From NCBI GenBank assembly GCA_022824405.1, contig JAJDZZ010000005.1, positions 2,160-66,159 of the forward strand: a stretch of 64,000 nt of DNA. Direction: 5' to 3'. A program made the position numbers and the translations under genes. This stretch comes from Opitutales bacterium (lineage in GTDB: Bacteria > Verrucomicrobiota > Verrucomicrobiia > Opitutales > UBA2995). Below, in pieces: positions 10,477-19,633 of the stretch (position 1 is the stretch's first letter; each line of letters begins with the position of its first letter). The notes beneath the pieces are model-generated. The model did not search any database. It was not told the DNA's origin and saw only the letters and a list, made by a program, of their open reading frames with translations.

Positions 10477-10603
10477 TCGATCACGATTACGATGATTTTC
10501 CTTTCATCCCTATTCATTCATCCTTCATCCTTCATCCTTCATCCTTTCTTGGCCCCTCCGGCGCCCACTGAACACCGATCTCTGACTACTGACCACTGAT
10601 TCC
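10477..10603. repeat. Mosaic repeat cluster (modules G, H, E, J) ending 2 nt before the ATG of the GT4 gene
   Basis: Modules read directly: tcgatcacgattacgatga; (ttcatcc)n at 10503-10544; ttggcccctccggcgcc at 10549-10565; cactgaacaccgatctctgactactgaccactgattcc at 10566-10603. Confidence 0.85.
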
Positions 10604-10605
10604 TC

Positions 10606-11661
10606 ATGCGTGTCCTTTTTCTGCAGGATCACCTCAGATTGGGAGGGACTGAAAAAACTACCTTGGCCCTGGCCCGGTACGGAAAGGAGCATGGAAAGGA
10701 TACCGGTATACTGGTTTTCAGGCCCGGAGGAGTTCTCACCCCGGGTGAACCAACGCCATTTTACTTCAGGGAATTGCAGCCCTTCAATTCGCGCATCGAT
10801 GAATGGGCTCCGGGCCTTGGGAAGGCTGTATCGGCATTTGCCCCCGACGCCATCATCTTCATGGGAAAAGTAGCCCATCTTTACCTTCCGTTCCTCAAAA
10901 AAAAGTTCCCCAGCGTCCGCCACATTGCCACTTTTCGTTCCAGCCGGTCTCTCTTCACCTACAACTTCAAAGCCTTCCAACGGGCCGACGCCATTTTCTG
11001 TAACAGCCATTACGCCCGAAAATGGCTGTTGCAGGTCCAGAATCATTCTCCGGAAAAAATCGAGGTCATCCACAATGGATGCCTGCTCACACCGCCCCAA
11101 ACCCCAACCGGGCAGCAAAGAAGAACCCATCTCCGGTTACTCTGCGTGGCCATGTTTCGGCCCTCCAAAAACCAAAGGGAGTTGCTCTCCATACTCTCCT
11201 CCCTCCCCCAACGCATTCCCTGGCAATGCACCTTCCTGGGCGCCGGAAAAACGCTGAGAGGGTGCCGCCGATTTGCCCGGACAAACAACCTGGAAGACCG
11301 AGTGCGTTTCCGGAAAAACGTCCCTCCGGAATTGCTCTATCCGGAACACGACCTGGCCCTGCTCACTTCCTCCGGCAAGGAATCGCTGCCCAATTTCCTG
11401 GTGGAAGCACAATGTTTCGGATTACCCGCCATTGCCTATCTGGTCAACGGAGTGGGTGAATGCTTTGCCGAAGGGAAATCCGGATTCGGAATTCCCCCGG
11501 GGAATCGATCAGCATTTCAGTCCGCCCTCATCGGCTTGGCGAATGATCCCGATTTGCGAACCGAAATGGGAGAAAACGCCCGCTCCTTCGGCAAGAGCCA
11601 TTTCGATTTCGAAGAAAAATCGGCCGAGTTTTTCAACAAGATTCAGATGGTTGCCAGGTGA
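10606..11661 (+). CDS. Glycosyltransferase family 4 (GT-B fold)
   Basis: N-terminus MRVLFLQDHLRLGGTEK and the C-terminal E-x7-E region SGKESLPNFLVEAQCFGLPAIA. Confidence 0.8.
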   Translation: MRVLFLQDHLRLGGTEKTTLALARYGKEHGKDTGILVFRPGGVLTPGEPTPFYFRELQPFNSRIDEWAPGLGKAVSAFAPDAIIFMGKVAHLYLPFLKKKFPSVRHIATFRSSRSLFTYNFKAFQRADAIFCNSHYARKWLLQVQNHSPEKIEVIHNGCLLTPPQTPTGQQRRTHLRLLCVAMFRPSKNQRELLSILSSLPQRIPWQCTFLGAGKTLRGCRRFARTNNLEDRVRFRKNVPPELLYPEHDLALLTSSGKESLPNFLVEAQCFGLPAIAYLVNGVGECFAEGKSGFGIPPGNRSAFQSALIGLANDPDLRTEMGENARSFGKSHFDFEEKSAEFFNKIQMVAR

Positions 11662-11794
11662 ACCCGGATTGCAGGGACGGCTCTTAGCGCTTTCGAATCT
11701 GTCAAAACAATGTAACTGCGGATCGAGGGGCGACGTTATCGGCTAAGATAATCAACACCTTCGGGAATATCCCCCAAGTGAATCGCCCCACCCC

Positions 11795-13132
11795 ATGTCA
11801 TCCCTGAAGCGCAGAAACACTATTCTCCTCCTTCTCTGGCCCGCAAGCCTCCTGCTGGCGTTCTTCATAGGCCGGCTCTCCCTCCAGTTAGGATCCTCCG
11901 ATCCATCCGGCCTCTCGTCCTCGGAATCGGTCGAAAAAGCTTCCCGGGCGATCGGGACCGATCCGGTCGACAGGGGCGCAGCGGACGCTCCTATCGAGGA
12001 TTCCCCCCTACCTGGGGAGAGTGAAATCCACCCCCTCGATCAGATGCGCCAAGCCATTGCCGAAACCGATGCTCTGAAGCGCCTGGCCCTTTTGGCCGAC
12101 GCCCTCTCCCGGATGGAGGCGGGCGACATCGAACAAGCGCTGGCAATTCATGATATGCTGCCGGAAAGTAACGCCAAACGGCAAATGTACAACATGTTGC
12201 TGAACACATGGGGCAAGCTGGATGGACCCGCCGCCATGGAATACGTCCTCGCCAATAGCGATCAGGATGAAGGACGAGGCCGCGGGGGCCGATTTGGAGG
12301 TGGTGGGGGCTCTCGGGACGCCATGTCGGTCATGTCGGGCTGGGCAGAAACCGATCCACAGAGCGCCGTCCTCTGGGCTGAGGAGAATGGCGTGGAAGAA
12401 CGCGGACGCAACGCGATGATGATGGCGGCGGTGCAGGGATGGGCCAATACGGACATTCGCGGCGCTCTCGATTTTGCCATAGGCCGAGATGGTGCCGAGG
12501 GGAATGGACGCGGTCCCGGCGGGGGAATTGAGGGACTTCTCATCAATCGATTTGTCAATGATGACAAACAGGCCGCCGCCCAGTGGGCTCTATCCCAATA
12601 CGACCCCGAGGTGAGAAGTGAAGCCGTCTCATCCGTGGCCCGCTCATTGGCCGGAGACAATCCGCAGGAGGCGGTTCTCTGGGCCCAAAGCCTCACCGAT
12701 CCGGCCTCTCAGGCCGAAGCATTAAAGGGCACTGTGGCAGGTTGGGTAAGGGAAAGCCCGGTCGAAGCGGTGGAGTGGGCCATGAACCTCGACAACCCGG
12801 AGACCTCCGGTGAAGTAGTTCAATCTGCACTGAATTCCTGGGTCCGCATGGATCCCTATGCGGCGGGTGAGTACGTCATCGGAATGGAAACCGGCGAAAC
12901 GAGGAACACGGCCGCGGCAACGCTATCCAGGGGCTTGTCCAGACAGGATCCGGAAATGGCCGCGCTTTGGGCCGAATCCATAACCGATCCCAAACTTCAA
13001 GCGGAAGCCGCTCAATCCGTCTACAATACCTGGACCCAACGCCGTCCGGAAGCGGCCGCCGAATGGGTTCAATCCTCCAACCTCCCGGAGGAGACCAAGC
13101 AAGACATCCTGACACCCAAAAAAAAGGAGTAA
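11795..13132 (+). CDS. Membrane-anchored repeat protein of unknown function
   Basis: N-terminal TM (ILLLLWPASLLLAFFIG) followed by at least 6 recurrences of a roughly 35-40 aa unit marked by W-x(2,4)-(D/N)P-x(2)-A-x(2)-W (AVLWAEEN, AAQWALSQ, AVLWAQSL, AVEWAMNL, AALWAESI, AAEWVQSS). Gly/Arg-rich linkers separate the units. Confidence 0.6.
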   Translation: MSSLKRRNTILLLLWPASLLLAFFIGRLSLQLGSSDPSGLSSSESVEKASRAIGTDPVDRGAADAPIEDSPLPGESEIHPLDQMRQAIAETDALKRLALLADALSRMEAGDIEQALAIHDMLPESNAKRQMYNMLLNTWGKLDGPAAMEYVLANSDQDEGRGRGGRFGGGGGSRDAMSVMSGWAETDPQSAVLWAEENGVEERGRNAMMMAAVQGWANTDIRGALDFAIGRDGAEGNGRGPGGGIEGLLINRFVNDDKQAAAQWALSQYDPEVRSEAVSSVARSLAGDNPQEAVLWAQSLTDPASQAEALKGTVAGWVRESPVEAVEWAMNLDNPETSGEVVQSALNSWVRMDPYAAGEYVIGMETGETRNTAAATLSRGLSRQDPEMAALWAESITDPKLQAEAAQSVYNTWTQRRPEAAAEWVQSSNLPEETKQDILTPKKKE

Positions 13133-13195
13133 GCGGTCCTGCTTTTTTCAGGAATCGATTGCCTGAGGCGGGTCTGCCGGTAGTTTCCTCAAACT

Positions 13196-16100
13196 ATGGG
13201 TAGGCCAGTGGAAAATGAGTGCATCCACCTGCGCGGGCTCCGCCAAAACAATCTGAAGGGATTCGACCTCGATTTACCCTTGGGAAAACTGATTGTGGTG
13301 ACCGGCCTGAGCGGGGCCGGGAAATCCTCCCTGGTATTCGAAACCCTGCACGCGGAAGGTCAACGGCGCTACGTGGAAACCTTCAGTCCTTACACCCGGC
13401 AGTTTCTCGAATTGCTCGACCGCCCCAAGCTGGACGCGGTCTCCAATATTCGCCCCTCCATCGCCATCCAACAGACCAACTCGGTCAAAACCTCCCGCTC
13501 CACCGTGGGCACCATGACGGAGTTGACCGACTTTTTCAAAGTCTGGTTCTGCCACGTGGCCCAACTCTTCGATCCCGCCACGGGCGAACGGGTGGAAGAT
13601 GACAATGCCCGCAGCATTTGGAAAAAAACGCAAAGGGCTCACCGAAACCAAACCCTTCTCATCACTTTCCCGGTGGAAAGGCCCAAGTCACTCAGTTGGG
13701 AAGAGATTCTCCAACCCATCAAGGCCCAGGGTTATACCCGCGTCCTGATTCAAGGCAATACCAGGCGGATCGAATCCATCGACCCCTCCCGACTCGATCT
13801 GGGTCAAATTTTCGTTATCCAGGACCGCCTGAAAATTGCATCGTCCAACCGTCACCGGTTTATCGACTCCGTACAAACGGCCTTTCACTACGGACAAGGA
13901 AAGGTCCGGTTATTCGAACCCTCGGGGAAAGAAGCGGGGCGCTATGCCACTGGCCTGCGTTCACCGGTCAGCGGCAAGACTTTCCGGCCGGCCACTCCTC
14001 CCCTGTTTTCCTTCAATTCACCGGTTGGGGCATGCCCGCGATGCCGGGGCTTCGGGCGCATTATCCAGGTGGATTACGGGAAAGCCATTCCCAATGGAAA
14101 ACTCAGCATCGACCAAGGCGCCATCAAGGCATGGCAAGGGGCGGTATACGGGGAAAGTAAAAAAGACCTGCTCGTCTTCTGCAGAAAGGAGAATATCCCC
14201 ACTGACATACCCTTTGAAGACCTGACCCGGGAACAACGTGATTTCGTCATAAACGGAGATCCGAACTACGGGAAAAAGGGCCACAAATGGCCCCGGGCAT
14301 GGTATGGTTTGAAAGGATTCTTCCGGTGGTTGGAAACCAAGGCCTATCGCATGCACGTCCGGGTATTCCTGTCGCGATTCAGGTCCTACACCCAATGCCC
14401 CGCGTGCGGGGGAGCCCGCCTCCAGCCCGAGGCTCTCAATTGGCGTTGGCGCGGCCACACCCTTCCAGGCCTTTACGCTCTTCCCATTCAGGAGTTGCGG
14501 CCTCTGCTTCGGGAAAATTTCAAGAAAACCGACGACCCGCGGGTAGATCTGGCCTATGAATCCATCGTTGCCCGACTGTCTTACCTCGACCGGGTCGGCC
14601 TGGGATATCTGACCCTCGACCGCACCTCCCGAACCCTTTCCGGCGGCGAAGTCGAACGGGTCAACCTCACTTCGTGTCTCGGCGCCTCCCTGGTCGATAC
14701 GCTCTTTGTCCTGGATGAACCTTCCATTGGGCTCCACTCCCGCGACATCGACCGGTTGATTGCCATCCTGCGCCGTCTGACCGACCTTGGCAACACGGTG
14801 GTGGTGGTAGAACACGATGAATCCATTATCCGGGCCGCCGATCACGTTTTGGAAATTGGTCCCAAACCCGGGACCGGGGGCGGTCGACTCGTTTTCCAAG
14901 GCCCCCTCCGGGAACTTCTGCACGATCCGGCATCCATTACCGGACAGTACCTGTCGGACAGGCGCTCCATTCCCCTGCCGGAATCCCGGCGAACCCTTTC
15001 GACATCCCCGGCCGAATCCCCCGCCACCCTTCCGCAGCTCAGCTTCCGGAACGTATCCAAGCATAATATAGACCGCCAGGATTTTCAAATTCCCCTGAAG
15101 TGTCTGGTATGCTTCACCGGGGTCAGCGGTTCGGGTAAATCCACTTTGTTGGATAACGTCATCTATCAAAACCTGCGGCAGCAAGGCGGTGTCATGGTTG
15201 ATGACCCGGCCGCGATAGCCTCTCTCGATTGTCCGGAGAAATTTGCCGGTATCGTCCTGGTGGACCAGGGCCCGGTCAGTAAAACGCCACGCTCCAACCC
15301 CCTGCTCTTCGTCAACGGCTGGAATGATGTTCGTCAATTGTTTGCCAGGACCGATGAGGCCTTAACCCAGGGATTTACCGCGGCCCACTTTTCCTTCAAC
15401 AGCGGAGACGGTCGGTGCGATCATTGTTCCGGGCTCGGCTATGAACGAGTGGAAATGCAATTCTTGTCCGATGTATTCGTTACCTGTCCCATCTGCGACG
15501 GGCAGCGGTTCAAACCGGAAATCCTCCGGATTAAATGGCAGGGACGATCCATCTCGGAAATTCTTAAATTAACCGTAGCGGAGGGATTGGAATTCTTTGC
15601 CGGACAACCGCGCCTGAGAACCCGTCTGGAAGCTCTGGATGCGGTGGGATTGGGTTACCTCAACTTGGGGCAGCCCCTCAACACGCTGTCCGGCGGTGAA
15701 TCGCAACGCCTCAAACTGGTCAAATATTTTTCCAAGGTCGAAGCCACCAGCGGTTCAACGCTTCTGCTTTTGGATGAACCGACCACCGGATTGCACAAGC
15801 ATGACGTGAAGCGGTTGATCGAGGTTCTCCACCAACTGGTGGACCAGGGGCACAGCGTCATGGTGATCGAGCACAACCTGGACGTGATCAAAAGCGCCGA
15901 CTGGATTATCGAACTGGGCCCTGAAGCCGGCGCCCTGGGGGGAAAAGTCATCGCCCAGGGGACCCCTGAACAGGTCATCCGGAAAAACATCCCTTCCCAA
16001 CCTTTTTTGATTCGGGAATTGAATCGAAACGGCAACGGTCGACCCGGAATCAATCCGGAGGGGCTACTCGCTGCGGAAGCGGCGGCCAACTACCACTCCT

Positions 16101-18826
16101 CCCCCAGACCTTCCTCCCCCTCCGTTGAACCCTCCGCCAAGGCACTGCGCATTTTCGGAGCCCGGCAGCACAATTTGAAGAACCTTTCCCTGACCATTCC
16201 CCACAACGAAATTTCCGTGGTTACGGGCGTTTCAGGGTCCGGCAAATCCAGCTTGGCCTTCGATATCGTGTTTGCGGAAGGACAGCGCCGTTTTCTGGAA
16301 TCGACCTCGGCCTATGCCCGGCAGTTCGTCGAAAAGTTGCCGCGGCCGGACGTAGATGACCTGCGGGGAATAGCGCCAACGGTAGCGATCGAACAACGGG
16401 TCACCCGCGGCAGCCGAAAATCAACCGTTGCGACCATCACCGAAGTGGCCCAATACCTGCGGCTGCTTTATGCGCGTTTGGGTGTCCAGCATTCCCCTGT
16501 TTCGGGACTTCCCGTCGTTTCGATGAGCCATTCGGCGCTGTCAAGGCATCTGGGGAAGCTGTTGGAACAACCTAAACTGAAAAGAGCCAGACACCTATAC
16601 TTGGCCGCCCCGCTGGTGCGCGGGCGCAAGGGCCATCATGAACCCATTGCCAAATGGATTGCCAAACAGGGCTTTGACCTCATGCGGGTGGATGGACGGT
16701 TAATCGAAGTAAGCGCATTCAAGAAACTGTCGCGCTACCTGGAGCACGACATCGAGGTAATTTTAAAAGACTTGGGAAAAGAGAGCCCGTCCGGCCCTCG
16801 CCGCTCCCCTCACCCGGAAGGGCCGAGTCCCGAAGCGGATTTACCGCAACTCCTGAAACGGGCCCTTCAACTCGGAAAAGGATCGGCCATGCTGTTGGAT
16901 TCCCGAGCCCGGATAATCACTTGGCTTTCGACCGAACGAGTGGACCCCATTTCCGGGCAAGCCTATCCGGAATTGGATCCCAAGCACTTCTCCTGGAACA
17001 GCTCCAAGGGATGGTGTCCGGAGTGCAATGGAAACGGCCATATCCGCCGCCAGGAAGAAGATCGGTCGGCCCATCGGAAATGGTTTTCGGAACCTTGCCA
17101 AGCCTGCGGAGGGGACCGATTGAACGAATTGTCCCGCAATGTGTATTTGAATTTTGCTAGCGGTCCTTCCCTCACTCTCCCCCAACTGCTCAAACTTCCC
17201 CCGGGGAACCTGCTGGATAAACTAAGCGATCTGAAACTGGACGAAAGGGGAAAGGCAGTGGTGGTGGATATCCTCCCGCAGATTCGGGAAAGGTTAAATT
17301 TCATGGGGCAAGTCGGCCTCGATTATCTAACCATGGATCGTCCTACCGCCACCCTGTCCAGCGGTGAGTCGCAGCGCATACGCTTGGCCGCCCAACTCGG
17401 TTCCAATTTATCGGGCGTTCTCTACGTTCTGGACGAGCCCTCCATCGGCTTGCACGCCCACGATAACTCCCGCCTGATCGAGTCCCTGAAAGACCTCAAA
17501 TCGCGCGGCAACACCTTGCTGGTGGTCGAACATGACGACGAAACCATGGAACAGGCGGACCGTATCGTCGACCTGGGTCCGGGCGCGGGAATCCATGGCG
17601 GAGAGGTTCTGGCCAACGGTTCATTGTCGGAAATCCTCAATACGCCCGAATCGTTAACCGGTCGGTATCTCAAGCGCGGCATCCCCCACCCCATCCGGGG
17701 GCATTACCGCAAATTGCCCAAGCCCTACCGCCCCCGGAGCCGCAAACAACAGGATTGGCTGGTCCTGAAGAAAGCCCGACTGAGAAACCTCAAAGGGGAC
17801 GACCTGATCCTGCCGCTCAATAAACTGATCATGGTCGGCGGTATTTCCGGCGCGGGAAAATCGACCCTGATTCGCGACCTGCTGCGTCCGGTGGTGGACT
17901 GCGCCCGCCGGAGAAACACCGGCAAATTGAATGAATCGGATTTTTCCAAAACGGAGGCATTGCCCAACACCCACGGCGGAAAGCCGTTCCAGCAATTGAT
18001 AAACGGCTCGGTTTTCCGCTCCGTCATCGAAGTCGACCAGAATCCCATCGGCAAGACACCGCGATCGACTCCCGCCACCTATATGGGAGCCATGGATAAC
18101 ATAAGGCAATTTTTTGCCGCTATTCCCGCCGCCAAAGCCCGCGGCTTGGATGCCGGCGCATTTTCCTTCAACACCCCCAAAGGCCGCTGTGAAACCTGCA
18201 AAGGGCTGGGAAAAATAAAACTGGAGATGAATTTCATGCCCAACGCCTATATGACATGTGAGGATTGTGGCGGTTCGCGCTACGGGCCGGAGCTGGACGA
18301 CATCCGTTGGAAAGGCAAAACCATCGCCGATATTTTACAAATGACCTTCGAGGAAGCGGCGGATTTCTTCAAAACTCACAGCCAACTGGGCGACGTGCTC
18401 TCCCTCATGGTGCAAACCGGTCTGGGCTACCTCACTTTGGGTCAAAGCAGCCCCACCCTATCCGGAGGAGAAGCGCAGCGCCTGAAACTGGTCCGGGAAC
18501 TGGCCAAAGGTTTGCCCAGTTTCCGGGATAAAAACCGCGCCATTAATTTTCACAACCTATATATCCTGGAAGAACCCACCATCGGCCTGCACCTGAGCGA
18601 TTGTGAAAGGCTCATTCACCTCCTGCACCAATTAGTGGATCAGGGCCATACCGTAATCGTCATCGAACACCACCTGGACCTTCTGGCGGAAGGCGATTAC
18701 CTGGTGGAAATCGGGCCCAAAGGCGGAGAAAAAGGCGGCTACATCCTCTACCAGGGACCTGTCGAAGGCCTCCTGAAATGCGAAAACAGCCCGACCAGAC
18801 CCTATCTGGAAAAGAAACTCGGTTAG
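13196..18826 (+). CDS. Tandem-duplicated UvrA-like ABC ATPase (two complete UvrA units fused, 1876 aa)
   Basis: Four Walker A sites (GLSGAGKSS, GVSGSGKST, GVSGSGKSS, GISGAGKST) and four ABC signatures (LSGGEVERV, LSGGESQRL, LSSGESQRI, LSGGEAQRL). Each half has the UvrA-type zinc modules (CPRCRGFG...CPACGG; CDHCSGLG...CPICDG; CPECNGNG...CQACGG; CETCKGLG...CEDCGG). The second unit starts near 16138 (LRIFGARQHNLKNLSL). Confidence 0.9.
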   Translation: MGRPVENECIHLRGLRQNNLKGFDLDLPLGKLIVVTGLSGAGKSSLVFETLHAEGQRRYVETFSPYTRQFLELLDRPKLDAVSNIRPSIAIQQTNSVKTSRSTVGTMTELTDFFKVWFCHVAQLFDPATGERVEDDNARSIWKKTQRAHRNQTLLITFPVERPKSLSWEEILQPIKAQGYTRVLIQGNTRRIESIDPSRLDLGQIFVIQDRLKIASSNRHRFIDSVQTAFHYGQGKVRLFEPSGKEAGRYATGLRSPVSGKTFRPATPPLFSFNSPVGACPRCRGFGRIIQVDYGKAIPNGKLSIDQGAIKAWQGAVYGESKKDLLVFCRKENIPTDIPFEDLTREQRDFVINGDPNYGKKGHKWPRAWYGLKGFFRWLETKAYRMHVRVFLSRFRSYTQCPACGGARLQPEALNWRWRGHTLPGLYALPIQELRPLLRENFKKTDDPRVDLAYESIVARLSYLDRVGLGYLTLDRTSRTLSGGEVERVNLTSCLGASLVDTLFVLDEPSIGLHSRDIDRLIAILRRLTDLGNTVVVVEHDESIIRAADHVLEIGPKPGTGGGRLVFQGPLRELLHDPASITGQYLSDRRSIPLPESRRTLSTSPAESPATLPQLSFRNVSKHNIDRQDFQIPLKCLVCFTGVSGSGKSTLLDNVIYQNLRQQGGVMVDDPAAIASLDCPEKFAGIVLVDQGPVSKTPRSNPLLFVNGWNDVRQLFARTDEALTQGFTAAHFSFNSGDGRCDHCSGLGYERVEMQFLSDVFVTCPICDGQRFKPEILRIKWQGRSISEILKLTVAEGLEFFAGQPRLRTRLEALDAVGLGYLNLGQPLNTLSGGESQRLKLVKYFSKVEATSGSTLLLLDEPTTGLHKHDVKRLIEVLHQLVDQGHSVMVIEHNLDVIKSADWIIELGPEAGALGGKVIAQGTPEQVIRKNIPSQPFLIRELNRNGNGRPGINPEGLLAAEAAANYHSSPRPSSPSVEPSAKALRIFGARQHNLKNLSLTIPHNEISVVTGVSGSGKSSLAFDIVFAEGQRRFLESTSAYARQFVEKLPRPDVDDLRGIAPTVAIEQRVTRGSRKSTVATITEVAQYLRLLYARLGVQHSPVSGLPVVSMSHSALSRHLGKLLEQPKLKRARHLYLAAPLVRGRKGHHEPIAKWIAKQGFDLMRVDGRLIEVSAFKKLSRYLEHDIEVILKDLGKESPSGPRRSPHPEGPSPEADLPQLLKRALQLGKGSAMLLDSRARIITWLSTERVDPISGQAYPELDPKHFSWNSSKGWCPECNGNGHIRRQEEDRSAHRKWFSEPCQACGGDRLNELSRNVYLNFASGPSLTLPQLLKLPPGNLLDKLSDLKLDERGKAVVVDILPQIRERLNFMGQVGLDYLTMDRPTATLSSGESQRIRLAAQLGSNLSGVLYVLDEPSIGLHAHDNSRLIESLKDLKSRGNTLLVVEHDDETMEQADRIVDLGPGAGIHGGEVLANGSLSEILNTPESLTGRYLKRGIPHPIRGHYRKLPKPYRPRSRKQQDWLVLKKARLRNLKGDDLILPLNKLIMVGGISGAGKSTLIRDLLRPVVDCARRRNTGKLNESDFSKTEALPNTHGGKPFQQLINGSVFRSVIEVDQNPIGKTPRSTPATYMGAMDNIRQFFAAIPAAKARGLDAGAFSFNTPKGRCETCKGLGKIKLEMNFMPNAYMTCEDCGGSRYGPELDDIRWKGKTIADILQMTFEEAADFFKTHSQLGDVLSLMVQTGLGYLTLGQSSPTLSGGEAQRLKLVRELAKGLPSFRDKNRAINFHNLYILEEPTIGLHLSDCERLIHLLHQLVDQGHTVIVIEHHLDLLAEGDYLVEIGPKGGEKGGYILYQGPVEGLLKCENSPTRPYLEKKLG

Positions 18827-18832
18827 TCGGTC

Positions 18833-18871
18833 AAATGTATCAAACCATAGCCGACATGCACCTTGGCAAAT
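18833..18871 (+). repeat. Left copy of the 39-bp direct repeat flanking the PIN/RHH cassette
   Basis: aaatgtatcaaaccatagccgacatgcaccttggcaaat matches aaaggtatcaaaccaaagccgaaatgcaccttggcaaat at 19634-19672 in 36 of 39 positions, at an offset of exactly 801 bp. Confidence 0.9.
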
Positions 18872-18925
18872 TGACACCCGCTTTAACTACGATCCATCGG
18901 TCTTTCCCTTTGGCTGAAAAGCCTG

Positions 18926-18962
18926 TTGACATTGACATGATACCAAATGCGGTATCATATTA
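18926..18962 (+). promoter_or_regulatory. Candidate promoter with operator palindrome for the PIN/RHH operon
   Basis: Overlapping ttgaca hexamers (18926-18931 and 18932-18937), a 7-6-7 palindrome tgatacc-aaatgc-ggtatca (18938-18957), and tatcat / tattaa -10-like hexamers immediately before the ATG at 18963. Confidence 0.4.
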
Positions 18963-19379
18963 ATGATTGTTATTGATACTAATGTGATGGTGTCTGCGCT
19001 TCGGTCGAGCCTTGGCGCGTCACATTTGCTTGTTCAAAGTATAGCGGAAAGGAAATTTGAATACGCCATTTCGGCAGCTCTGATTTTTGAGTATGAGGAC
19101 GCGATTAAAAGAGCAATGGATTGTATTTTATTAACGGACAAGGAATTGGACCTATTTCTGGATTCAATAGTAGCTCTGGGAACCACCTTCTCACCCTTTT
19201 TTCTATGGCGACCCTTCCTTTCTGACCCTAAAGACGATTATGTGCTTGAACTGGCAGCGGTGTCCCGATCCAAGGCAATTATCACTTACAACCAAAAGGA
19301 TTTCAAAGGCATAGAAAAATTTGGAATTCAGACTTTGCCTCCAAAAGTTTATTTGCAAAAGAAAGGATTAATTCAATGA
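18963..19379 (+). CDS. PIN-domain toxin (PIN_3 / TIGR00305-like)
   Basis: N-terminus MIVIDTNVMVSAL, with acidic residues in DPKDDYVLELA and ITYNQKDF. It is 138 aa, and its stop overlaps the next start in an ATGA. Confidence 0.8.
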   Translation: MIVIDTNVMVSALRSSLGASHLLVQSIAERKFEYAISAALIFEYEDAIKRAMDCILLTDKELDLFLDSIVALGTTFSPFFLWRPFLSDPKDDYVLELAAVSRSKAIITYNQKDFKGIEKFGIQTLPPKVYLQKKGLIQ

Positions 19380-19612
19380 GCACACTTAGCCTTAGACTCC
19401 CAGACTCCCTTCACCGGCATATCAAGGAATATTCAGAACGGGAGGGGGTTTCCATTAACCAATTCATCTCAACGGCAGTGGCCGAAAAAATGTCCGCGCT
19501 TTCAACCGAGGATTACCTTAAGGCGAGGGCTTCCAGGGGAAGCGCGGAAAAGCTAAAACAGGTACTTTCCAAAGTTCCAAGCGTTGATCCTTTCGAAGAT
19601 GATGTTCTGTAA
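19376..19612 (+). CDS. Ribbon-helix-helix / HicB-like antitoxin
   Basis: 78 aa. LSLRLPDSLHRHIKEYSEREGVSINQFISTAVAEKMS fits an RHH DNA-binding fold. It is translationally coupled to the PIN gene, in toxin-first order. Confidence 0.7.
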   Translation: MSTLSLRLPDSLHRHIKEYSEREGVSINQFISTAVAEKMSALSTEDYLKARASRGSAEKLKQVLSKVPSVDPFEDDVL

Positions 19613-19633
19613 TTGTTTGCGAGACCGCTTAAG

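Larger units (their letters stand above)
18872..19633 (+). mobile_element. Putative inserted toxin-antitoxin gene cassette (AT-richer, bounded by 39-bp direct repeats)
   Basis: The composition is visibly AT-richer than the flanks. The cassette carries its own promoter-like region and palindrome, lies exactly between the direct repeats, and has no recombinase gene. Confidence 0.4.

Noticed and set aside
14018-15337. 439-aa minus-strand ORF, together with several 80-150 aa ORFs between 13219 and 18877.
   Set aside because: They are antisense or out of frame within the uvrA-like gene, which has continuous motif support.
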